NCBI GenBank assembly: GCA_002269645.1 | Contig: NIVC01000614.1 | Span: 62,001 to 126,000, forward strand | Source of the DNA: Macrostomum lignano | Taxonomy: Eukaryota | Direction of reading: 5' to 3' | DNA: 64,000 nucleotides | Shown here: in pieces, positions 30,942 through 42,330 of the stretch | How positions within the stretch are numbered: the first letter of the stretch is position 1 | How the letters are laid out: the number at the start of each line of letters is the position of its first letter | The notes under the pieces: generated by a model | What the model was told of the DNA's origin: nothing | Databases searched by the model: none | Seen by the model: only the letters and a program-made list of their open reading frames with translations | Position numbers and translations under genes: made by a program

Positions 30942-33900
30942 ACTCAAATGAGGCCATAAAGTGAGATTGGCCATGCAGCTACTCAAATGAGGCCATGAAG
31001 TGAGATTGGCCATGCAGCTACTCAAATGAGGCCATGAAATGAGATTGGCCATGCAGCTACTCAAATGAGATTGGCCATGCAGCTACTCAAATGAGGCCAT
31101 GAAGTGAGATTGGCCATGCAGCTACTCAAATGAGGCCATGAAGTGAGATTGGCCATGCAGCTACTCAAATGAGGCCATGAAGTGAGATTGGCCATGCAGC
31201 TACTCAAATGAGGCCATGAAGTGAGATTGGCCATGCAGCTACTCAAATGAGGCCATGAAGTGAGATTGGCCATGCAGCTACTCAAATGAGATTGGCCATG
31301 CAGCTACTCAAATGAGGCCATGAAGTGAGATTGGCCATGCAGCTACTCAAATGAGGCCATGAAGTGAGATTGGCCATGCAGCTACTCAAATGAGGCCATA
31401 AAATGAGATTGGCCATGCAGCTACTCAAATGAGGCCATGAAATGAGATTGGCCATGCAGCTACTCAAATGAGATTGGCCATGCAGCTACTCAAATGAGGC
31501 CATGAAGTGAGATTGGCCATGCAGCTACTCAAATGAGGCCATGAAGTGAGATTGGCCATGCAGCTACTCAAATGAGGCCATAAAATGAGATTGGCCATGC
31601 AGCTACTCAAATGAGGCCATGAAATGAGATTGGCCATGCAGCTACTCAAATAAGGCCATGAAGTGAGATTGGCCATGCAGCTACTCAAATGAGGCCATGA
31701 AGTGAGATTGGCCATGCAGCTACTCAAATGAGGCCATGAAATGAGATTGGCCATGCAGCTACTCAAATGAGGCCATGAAGTGAGATTGGCCATGCAGCTA
31801 CTCAAATGAGGCCATGAAGTGAGATTGGCCATGCAGCTACTCAAATGAGGCCATGAAGTGAGATTGGCCATGCAGCTACTCAAATGAGGCCATGAAGTGA
31901 GATTGGCCATGCAGCTACTCAAATGAGGCCATGAAGTGAGATTGGCCATGCAGCTACTCAAATGAGGCCATGAAATGAGATTGGCCATGCAGCTACTCAA
32001 ATGAGGCCATGAAGTGAGATTGGCCATGCAGCTACCCAAATGAGGCCATGAAATGAGATTGGCCATGCAGCTACTCAAATGAGGCCATGAAGTGAGATTG
32101 GCCATGCAGCTACTCAAATGAGGCCATGAAGTGAGATTGGCCATGCAGCTACTCAAATGAGGCCATGAAATGAGATTGGCCATGCAGCTACTCAAATGAG
32201 GCCATGAAATGAGATTGGCCATGCAGCTACCCAAATGAGGCCATGAAATGAGATTGGCCATGCAGCTACTCAAATGAGGCCATGAAATGAGATTGGCCAT
32301 GCAGCTACTCAAATGAGGCCATGAAATGAGATTGGCCATGCAGCTACTCAAATGAGGCCATGAAGTGAGATTGGCCATGCAGCTACTCAAATGAGGCCAT
32401 GAAGTGAGATTGGCCATGCAGCTACTCAAATGAGGCCATGAAGTGAGATTGGCCATGCAGCTACTCAAATGAGGCCATGAAGTGAGATTGGCCATGCAGC
32501 TACTCAAATGAGGCCATGAAATGAGATTGGCCATGCAGCTACTCAAATGAGGCCATGAAGTGAGATTGGCCATGCAGCTACCCAAATGAGGCCATGAAAT
32601 GAGATTGGCCATGCAGCTACTCAAATGAGGCCATGAAGTGAGATTGGCCATGCAGCTACTCAAATGAGGCCATGAAGTGAGATTGGCCATGCAGCTACTC
32701 AAATGAGGCCATGAAATGAGATTGGCCATGCAGCTACTCAATTGAGGCCATGAAGTGAGATTGGCCATGCAGCTACCCAAATGAGGCCATGAAATGAGAT
32801 TGGCCATGCAGCTACTCAAATGAGGCCATGAAGTGAGATTGGCCATGCAGCTACCCAAATGAGGCCATGAAATGAGATTGGCCATGCAGCTACTCAAATG
32901 AGGCCATGAAGTGAGATTGGCCATGCAGCTACCCAAATGAGGCCATGAAATGAGATTGGCCATGCAGCTACTCAAATGAGGCCATGAAATGAGATTGGCC
33001 ATGCAGCTACTCAAATGAGGCCATGAAATGAGATTGGCCATGCAGCTACTCAAATGAGGCCATGAAATGAGATTGGCCATGCAGCTACTCAAATGAGGCC
33101 ATGAAATGAGATTGGCCATGCAGCTACTCAAATGAGGCCATGAAGTGAGATTGGCCATGCAGCTACCCAAATGAGGCCATGAAATGAGATTGGCCATGCA
33201 GCTACTCAAATGAGGCCATGAAGTGAGATTGGCCATGCAGCTACTCAAATGAGGCCATGAAGTGAGATTGGCCATGCAGCTACTCAAATGAGGCCATGAA
33301 ATGAGATTGGCCATGCAGCTACTCAAATGAGGCCATGAAGTGAGATTGGCCATGCAGCTACCCAAATGAGGCCATGAAATGAGATTGGCCATGCAGCTAC
33401 TCAAATGAGGCCATGAAGTGAGATTGGCCATGCAGCTACCCAAATGAGGCCATGAAATGAGATTGGCCATGCAGCTACTCAAATGAGGCCATGAAGTGAG
33501 ATTGGCCATGCAGCTACCCAAATGAGGCCATGAAATGAGATTGGCCATGCAGCTACCCAAATGAGGCCATGAAATGAGATTGGCCATGCAGCTACTCAAA
33601 TGAGGCCATGAAGTGAGATTGGCCATGCAGCTACTCAAATGAGGCCATGAAATGAGATTGGCCATGCAGCTACTCAAATGAGGCCATGAAGTGAGATTTG
33701 CCATGCAGCTACTCAAATGAGGCCATGAAGTGAGATTGGCCATGCAGCTACCCAAATGAGGCCATGAAATGAGATTGGCCATGCAGCTACTCAAATGAGG
33801 CCATGAAGTGAGATTGGCCATGCAGCTACTCAAATGAGGCCATGAAGTGAGATTGGCCATGCAGCTACTCAAATGAGGCCATGAAATGAGATTGGCCATG

Positions 33901-34050
33901 CAGCTACCCAAATGAGGCCATGAAATGAGATTGGCCATGCAGCTACTCAAATGAGGCCATGAAGTGAGATTGGCCATGCAGCTACTCAAATGAGATTGGC
34001 CATGCAGCTACTCAAATGAGGCCATGAAGTGAGATTGGCCATGCAGCTAC
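30942..34050. repeat. 39-bp satellite CTACTCAAATGAGGCCATGAA(G/A)TGAGATTGGCCATGCAG, ~80 copies with occasional 26-bp truncated units
   Basis: Direct; the 841-aa minus-strand ORF is a by-product of the 39 = 13x3 periodicity. Confidence 0.97.
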
Positions 34051-34335
34051 TCTTTACTGCTTAGCATTCGAGGAATTAATTGTTCTCAGGTGCAGAGAAG
34101 CAATAAAACTAGAAATGAATGCAATGCTGCTCGTTTATAAAAAATGTAGCCATTTTTGTCACACAACGATGGTTATACAGTAGATAATATAAAACCGAAT
34201 TCCAGTCAGCACAGTTTTATTATCCTTGCATGATGCTCGGGCGGACCTTTGCTTTGTATATATACGGTAAAGTTGGTTGAGAGTTTATAGTAGGCAATTT
34301 TATTTTGCCGAGTAAGGTGAGTTCGTCAAGCCGTC

Positions 34336-36649
34336 ATGCAGCTAATAGCAGCACTTTTCCTACTTTTGAGCAGTCGGGTCCTGCTTATACAGGCAGCTTG
34401 CGGCTGCTCTCAGGTGAGATATGTGTATTCCCATTTGGGTAGACTTGTCTGCTACAGTTGCTTTAGTATTAGAAAAGCTTATAAACCAATCTACTGTACA
34501 CGGGGGGCGTTGACCCCACCCCCCGGCTCGCCTCAAAAACGAAAATGATCGAGAGGTTACCTTACACTTAGACAACCAAGATCAATTGAGACAGGGGCGC
34601 CCACCAAGAGACAGGGGCGCCCACCAAGAGACAGGGGCACCCACCAAGAGACAGGGGCGCCCACCAAGAGACAGGCGCGCCCACCAAAAGATTGAGGCGG
34701 CCACCAAGAGACAGGGGCGCTCACCAAGAGACAGGGGCGCCCACCAAGAGACAGGGGCGCTCACCAAGAGACAGAGGCGCCCACCAAGAGACAGGGGCGC
34801 CCACCAAGAGACAGGGGCGCCCACCAAGAGACAGGGGCGCCCACCAAGAGACAGGGGCGCCCACCAAGAGACAGGGGCGCCCACCAAGAGACAGGGGCGC
34901 CCACCACGACACTATGATCAATTTCTCTTTTGTAGCTGCTTGTGTATTTAGCGACTTTATAATAACTAGCTAGGTCTAAATGTAATTTGGTATACAGATG
35001 AGAAGCAATTCAAAAAATATTTAATTTAACTGTAAAGCACTACAGGAATATTTGCATGAAGGTGCACAAATGTACAAGTACCATATGACATACATTAAAC
35101 TGTAAACTGTACCAAAAGCGACTAGTTTTATAAAGAACACAACGCAGGTTTTCATCAATCTGTGGTGTTTCTGCTATCATGCAGAAGAGGACGACTCGGC
35201 CTAAGATTTTCCAAAAAACTCCGTCGCTCGTATCCGTCCATACTTAAATATACAGACTTCCAGCCTCTCGCCTCTCGTCATCAATAACGCAAGCACGACC
35301 AACAGCTCTAACAAGCAGAACTCCAGCACAGGAGTCGTCATTCAAATCGACGACATGCTGATCCCCATCGAGGACTTGCAGGCGCCAACAGCGCCTGTTC
35401 GATCTGACGGGTCCAGCTCTGATCAAGCCAGCAGCAGTAGCAGCAACAGTTTGCCGTCAAGCTCCTACCTCAGCTGTCGCCGCCTGTGGCCCAAAGGCCG
35501 TCTCTACTACCGGTTCGGCCTGGGCTTTCCCAGCTCCTATCGCAACATGGTTCGCTTGTAGCTTTCCCGATTGGCAGCCAGAATCAGTTCGGCCAGCAGC
35601 AATCAGCAGCTGGTCACCTTTGTCGAGTCCAACTATTTCATTGACGTGCAGCACGTTGAAGTTATCGACGATGTCGGGTGTTATTCCTATGTTGGCCGGC
35701 AGAGCAGCAGCAGTAGTTATAGTCAGGCTCTGTCCCTGCAGGTACCCAACTGCATGCTGGAGAGCATCATCCAGCACGAGTTCATGCACGCCCTGGGCTT
35801 CTATCACGAACAGTCTCGACCGGATAGGGACAGCTTCGTCACGGTGCTGTGGAACAACATTGATAGTGACGTGAGTCGCAATGTTTTTGTCTGAGCCACC
35901 ACTGAGCAGAACTTATTCAGCTATTTACATGGACATGGGTAGGTGATCTGTATATACCCAGAAGCATTGAAAAGTCACCATGCACCAGCTTGAGCCAGTA
36001 AAGCGACTTCTCTCGCATCGCCCTTGCAAGTTGCACAAGTTGCACTTTACACTGGACGGATTAACTACGTAACCATGTATCACGCTGAGCATAATAGGGT
36101 GTAACGCAAAAATAATGAAAACATTTGAATTAAAATGTGCAATTCAAAAAAGTCCTTATAGCAACGATGAATGTGTCCTTCACGAGAACTCAGCCAAAAG
36201 GAACTGTCCTCTTCACATTCACAGCTAGAAGTTTCTTACTGACGCAAATGGTGCGTGTTGATTTTTCAATGTTGCGGAGATGGAAAACTACATGTACGTT
36301 TCTTAGAAAATTTTAATTTGAATTTTAAAATGAGCAGGAATGCAACAATTTTCTGAAGACCTCGTACAAACTTACAAACGACTATCCACGATACGACTAT
36401 GGCTCAGTGATGCACTACCAGTCGCACTACTTTTCCTGCCTCAGCGGTTCAAAAACCCTGCTGATGAAAAATGGAAGCTTAATTGACGAAAGGAACAACT
36501 TGAGCAGTCTGGACGCTGAGAAACTGTCCTACACATATTCTTCAACCAACTTGGCCTATTGCAGTACTCGTAGCGACGCCGCGTTCGAATTTGCGTCAAA
36601 AGTCCTCACAGGTTCGCTAACGGCTTTAATCTTTGTTATAATAAATTAA
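34336..36649 (+). pseudogene. Astacin (M12A) zinc metalloprotease with one in-frame TAG at 35559-35561; exons 34336-34413, 35256-35870, 36338-36649
   Basis: Signal peptide MQLIAALFLLLSSRVLLIQAACG; IDDMLI prodomain motif; LWPKG; GCYSYVGR; HEFMHALGFYHEQSRPDRD zinc motif; YDYGSVMHY Met-turn; hydrophobic C-terminal tail. ORFs 35355 and 35571 are in the same frame, separated by TAG. May be an intact gene if the stop is a sequence error. Confidence 0.8.
34587..34907. repeat. 20-bp minisatellite CCACCAAGAGACAGGGGCGC, ~16 copies, astacin intron 1
   Basis: Direct. Confidence 0.93.
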
Positions 36650-37184
36650 AATAATTTAACTTCTTGGAAACTGAAACGACAGCGCTTGCTGAAATAACCT
36701 TCTAAATACCGTCTTTTTTAACTCTTCCAAATTATAGAACTTACAAAAATGTCTGTAGCCTGTATTATTCCTCTATTCAATTTTTTTATAGTTTTGCAGA
36801 CTTCCTAACAGCCAAAAAGAAATTACTATTTTCGTGTTAGACAACAATAAATAAATTAAGTCTATAAATCTCTGTAAACGTATTTTTCGCGCAAAACAAG
36901 CTTTCGAAGATTATTTAGAATTAATCTTTGGGAAACGTAAATCTGCAGGCATATATTTTTCATAAAAGATAAGAATTATTCATGCTATTGTGCCGCTACA
37001 TGCAGGTCGATAAAGCCAGACAGAAAATTAAGCGAAGCCATTACAGTGCTAGAAAGAAAAATTGACCTGGAATACAGCGCAACAACACGCGTTTAAACAC
37101 TTACGGCAAAAAAATTTGATTTAAGATTGCCGGTTTTGAAAAAAATGCACACGAACTGCATTAAACCCAAATCAATTAGCAAGT

Positions 37185-39709
37185 TTAAGCACAGAGATCA
37201 ATACCGAACAGGTGTTTCAAGCGGTCCCTAGCGCCGATTAACGCAGTCTCAATGTCCCGTTGAAGCGACTTCATGGATTGATCCTCAATCATTTCACCAG
37301 CTGCCCAGTGTCGATAGTGATGCAGCAAGCCTTCGCTAATGGGGCTCAGCTGTTTAGTTTGGCAGCTCTGCCACGAGTTCCACACAAAATGTATGCCAAT
37401 CTCTTTGATCTGACGAGCTACTACGAGTAGTTTGCTACGCTCAGTGAATGGTAGAATAGATTTGATGCGTCGCCTGCGCAATAAGCTGACAATCTGTTGA
37501 AAAGAGTTAAGGGGGGGGGGGCTGTACTTAACAGCTAGTTTTAGTGGAATGATGATAAACGGCTTGTACAGTGTACAGGGGCGTCGCCATGGATTTTATG
37601 GTGGGGGACAAAGTCAAGAATTCTACATTTACAACCGTAAATATCATTTTTAGAATCGGTTGTCAGCGTTCAGCGCTCATTTTAGCGCCACAGGCACTCA
37701 TTTTAGCGCCGCAGGAACTCATTTTAGCGCCACAGGCACTCATTTTAGAGCCGCAGGCACTCATTTTAGCGCCACAGGCACTCATTTTGGCGCCGCAGGC
37801 ACTCATTTTAGCGCCCAGGCACTCATTTTAGCGCCGCAGGCACTCATTTTAGCGCCACAGGCACTCATTTTGGCGCCGCAGGCACTCATTTTAGCGCCCA
37901 GGCACTCATTTTAGCGCCGCAGGAACTCATTTTTGGCGCCGCAGACACTCATTTTAGCGTTGCAGGTGCTATATTTTGTCGCCCTGAAGCAAAATTACTA
38001 ATTTCCATAACGGAACACAAAGTTGGGGTGGAGGGGACACAGCATTGGTATGCCCCCTCATATCTTTTACTGGAGGACATGTCCCCCTGTCCAACCCCCC
38101 TCCCCCCGGTGGCGACGCCCCTAAGCTTGTTTCAACGGAAAGTCGCATTCCATCTCTAGAGCAGTCTTGTTTGTTACCTTTCGCTAGAGCAAAACTCTAA
38201 ACTCTTGCTTTTGATAGAAGGCAGACTCAATGTTCATCTTTTGATATGGCGAACCTTTCTTATAGCTCTATCGATATTCATTAAGATTTTCGTTTAGACA
38301 ATTAGGATACACCTCCTATCATAGGAGGATAAACCTCCTATCTTCGTAATGTATTTTTTCGCCCCTTTCCCGCCCCTCTACTTGAGTAGTCTGCTTTGTC
38401 TATAGGAGAGTTTACCATTTTGAAATGGCGTTTAAAATAACCGCTGAAAGAAAAGTCAAATGCGCAACCGCGTACCTTGCAGCCAATAAGCGAGGTCGGC
38501 ATTTTAATTTCGCCACTTTTCTCCTGCTTCGGCGATGGAGGAAACACGCCGTGACGAAATCCCAGAGCACAGTTACCGCCTCGATCATCTAGTGAGTGCA
38601 ACTGTGCCGCTTTAACCAGATTAATAGCCTCGCCTTTGCTATTAGTTGGCACTAACATTTCGTCAATGTCAATGAACGTCAACAGTCTGTATCTGTCTCG
38701 GGCAGAGTACAAGCAATCGTTGAGAATAACCATCTGGCCATAATAGTGAATGTCCTTGTCTAAATCAATTCCCTCCGCCAAGGACCACGGGGTCACCGTG
38801 ATCCAGCCAATACCGATATAGTGCTTCATCACTGCACTAATTTTACTAGGCAGACTCATATTGTAGAAGTAGAAATGCTCAACACCCAGCAGTCTATTGA
38901 CCTCAATGAATTCCACTAGACGCATTATAAACTGATTTTCGCTCTCCTCGCTGGGTAAATAGCGCAGGGCTGTGATACAAGCGGCAACTTTATCTGCCGG
39001 TTTCGATGACTCAGCAACATGTACAGGCAGTTTAATCTTGCCAGATGCCCTGTTGGATACATCGACACCGTTCACTTCTACAAGATAAGACGACTCTGTT
39101 GGTACAACTGGACAGAAGTACAGCACACCATCGTATGGCATATAATGACCTTCGTGCATTGAGTAACCAACAGCTTGTTGCCATGGTCTTGCATCCAAGT
39201 TCGTTGATGACTTCAAGGAACTGAGTCTACAGGTGACGCGAGGCGGCTGTTTCGATAATCTATTGTTGAAATAGCCAACAAGTACTATCAAACCAAGCTG
39301 GAAATCGAATCTAGCTGAAAACAGAACCAATACAGGCTTGCCTACTAGTGAGAACACAGTTTGCGGACTGGGACTGCTAGCCTCTGTAGCAGTATGTACC
39401 GATGAACTAACATTTACTTGCGAATAGGACGAGCTCATCAAGGGACTACCGAAATAGTAGTCGTATGCCAAATAATGTCTGATAGGGTTGGCGTCTGCGG
39501 GATGAAAACCAGTTATTATAGACAGCAATTTGGAATGTTTGCAACAGTATTAAGTAAGCAAGATGGAATTTATCGGACTTACCAAAATCCATCCATTTGT
39601 AAAAAACATAGCATGCCGCGGTGCATAGCAGACAGATTGCTATGACAAGGTACCGCCGGCATTTTAACGATATCATTAACTGAAATCGGTTCCGTTTGAG
39701 CCTTGGCAT
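37185..39709 (-). CDS. Glycosyltransferase family 92 (DUF23, GALT-1-like); exons 39709-39583, 39494-38476, 37493-37185
   Basis: Type II membrane anchor (YLVIAICLLCTAACYVFY); EFIEVNRLLGVEHFYFY; YYGQMVILNDCLY; FIDIDE (DXD); RSK..GIH..HHYR. The 88-nt intron 1 is phase 1 and intron 2 is phase 0; both are GT-AG. Confidence 0.85.
37576..38123. mobile_element. Non-autonomous DNA transposon (hAT-like MITE) containing an internal 21-bp minisatellite
   Basis: Terminal inverted repeats CAGGGGCGTCGCCA / TGGCGACGCCCCTA; internal GCACTCATTTTAGCGCC(G/A)CAG array at ~37665-37960; located in GT92 intron 2; no exact TSD. Confidence 0.65.
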
Positions 39710-39799
39710 AAGTTAGCGCAATGATGAGTTTGAAATACTTTAATAAACCTTAAACAACTAGAAAATCATATCTTGTGATGTTTCTTTTAATTTGGTAGA

Positions 39800-41430
39800 T
39801 CAGTGAGATCTGGTAATGGAGTGGAGGATCAGTGAGACCTGGTAATGAGGTATCAATGAAATCTAGTAATGGAGGATCAGTGACATCAGGTAATGGGGTA
39901 TCAATGAAATCTAGTAATGGAGCATCAGTGAGATCAGGTAATGGGGTATTAATGAAATCTAGTAATGGAGGATCAGTGACATCAAGTAATGAGGTATCAA
40001 TGAAATCTAGTAATGGAGCATCAGTGACATCAAGTAATGAGGTATCAATGAAATCTAGTAATGGAGCATCAGTGAGATCAGGTAATGGAGGATCAGTGAG
40101 ATCAGGTAATGGAGCATCAGTGAGATCAGGTAATGGAGCATCAGTGAGATCAGGTAATGGAGGATCAGTGAGATCAGGTAATGGAGGATCAGTGAGACCT
40201 GGTAATGAGGTATCAATGAAATCTAGTAATGGAGGATCAGTGAGATCTGGTAATGGGGTACCAATGAAATCTAGTAATGGAGCATCAGTGACATCAGGTA
40301 ATGAGGTATCAATGAAATCTAGTAATGGAGCATCAGTGACATCAAGTAATGAGGTATCAATGAAATCTAGTAATGGAGCATCAGTGAGATCAGGTAATGG
40401 AGGATCAGTGAGATCAGGTAATGGAGCATCAGTGAGATCAGGTAATGGAGCATCAGTGAGATCAGGTAATGGAGCATCAGTGAGATCAGGTAATGGAGCA
40501 TCAGTGAGATCAGGTAATGGAGGATCAGTGAGATCAGGTAATGGGGTGGAGCATCAGTGAGATCAGGTAATGGAGGATCAGTGAGATCAGGTAATGGAGG
40601 ATCAGTGAGATCAGGTAATGGAGGATCAGTGAGATCAGGTAATGGAGGATCAGTGAGATCAGGTAATGGAGCATCAGTGAGATCAGGTAATGGAGGATCA
40701 GTGAGATCAGGTAATGGGGTGGAGCATCAGTGAGATCAGGTAATGGAGGATCAGTGAGATCAGGTAATGGGGGATCAGTGAGATCAGGTAATGGAGCATC
40801 AGTGAGATCAGGTAATGGAGGATCAGTGAGATCAGGTAATGGGGTGGAGCATCAGTGAGATCTGGTAATGGAGGATCAGTGAGATCAGGTAATGGAGGAT
40901 CAGTGAGATCAGGTAATGGAGGATCAGTGAGATCAGGTAATGGAGGATCAGTGAGATCAGGTAATGGGGTGGAGCATCAGTGAGATCTGGTAATGGAGGA
41001 TCAGTGAGATCAGGTAATGGGGTGGAGCATCAGTGAGATCTGGTAATGGAGGATCAGTGAGATCAGGTAATGGAGGATCAGTGAGATCAGGTAATGGAGG
41101 ATCAGTGAGATCAGGTCATGGGGTGGAGGATCAGTGAGATCAGGTAATGGGGTGGAAGATCAGTGAGATCAGGTAATGGAGGATCAGTGAGATCAGGTAA
41201 TGGAGGATCAGTGAGATCAGGTCATGGGGTGGAGGATCAGTGAGATCAGGTAATGGGGTGGAAGATCAGTGAGATCTGGTAATGGAGGATCAGTGAGATC
41301 AGGTAATGGAGGATCAGTGAGATCAGGTAATGGGGTGGAGGATCAGTGAGATCAGGTAATGGAGGATCAGTGAGATCAGGTAATGGAGGATCAGTGAGAT
41401 CAGGTAATGGAGCATCAGTGAGATCTGGGA
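39800..41430. repeat. 24-bp minisatellite GAGATCAGGTAATGGAG(G/C)ATCAGT with 48-bp higher-order variants at the 5' end
   Basis: Direct. Confidence 0.95.
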
Positions 41431-42330
41431 GTTAGTAAGTGTTATCGGCAATGCGAAAAGCGTATATGTTACAAAATAACTAAATAAAAGAATGTCACAA
41501 AAGACCAACTCTATGCTAGGGCAGTGACTTTTACATGTATAATAGACAGGCTTAGACAGGTTTTATTAAATGTTGCAGTTTTTAGACAAAATCTCCCGAC
41601 AAGCAAAAAACAAGCACTTTTGTTGCAGGTTAAATAAGATTCAAGATATTTTAAGTGTCGTTTCTATCACAAAAATCCATACGTTGATTCAGTCTCAGTC
41701 GCCTAACAGCAAAGCAAAGGAAATTCATTAGGGGCACAAAAGACTATAAAACAGAACAAGAGAGAAACGTGTTAGTGCCCAAAAAGACAAAATGAAAGCA
41801 AATATGAGTCAACCCCTGCTTTCACCCCGCACCTATATATAGTAGTGATAAATATTGTTGTTTACAATTTGTCCCACGCCCAGTCTAAAATTAGTTGTAC
41901 TTAAACGTGCCACACCGAAACTAAAAAAAATTTGACCAACTCCCAGTTGCCATTTTCAAACATGGAATAATCATTTTTGTTAATACATTATAGCAAAGGC
42001 TACGTTTAACATACAAGAATATTGTGGCCGAAGCAGTCTGAACAAAAACAATATTTAATTTTCAGTTATTAGAAAAACACAAACACTGTATGAGCTTCAG
42101 TTGACAGGCCCTTTATAGCCGGGACACTTCCTAGACATGTCATCATCAAAGCTTGTTACAGCAGTAAAAAAACGAACAGTTTATAAGTTTTCAGATAGCA
42201 AGCGCACAGCCAGATAAGGATGAAGTTTGTGTTGTGTTTTTTTTCTGCTGCAAATCAAGCAAAATAAATGAAGGGAAAAAGGAATTTGTCTGTTCATCTT
42301 TCTTCACAGCAGCATGCTGCCTGTTGATTC

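Noticed and set aside
31464-33989. 841-aa minus-strand ORF
   Set aside because: Pure 39-bp satellite periodicity; no unique N- or C-terminal coding context.
35559-35561. Genome-wide reassignment of TAA/TAG to Gln
   Set aside because: Three genes in the window appear to terminate at TAA at plausible C-termini; two interruptions are insufficient evidence.
38338-38475. C-terminal extension of the 396-aa GT92 ORF
   Set aside because: Better explained as intron read-through; the conserved RSK/GIH/HHYR motifs lie in exon 37493-37185.
39832-40560. 242-aa SGNG-repeat ORF
   Set aside because: 24/48-bp minisatellite; the array continues out of frame beyond the stop.
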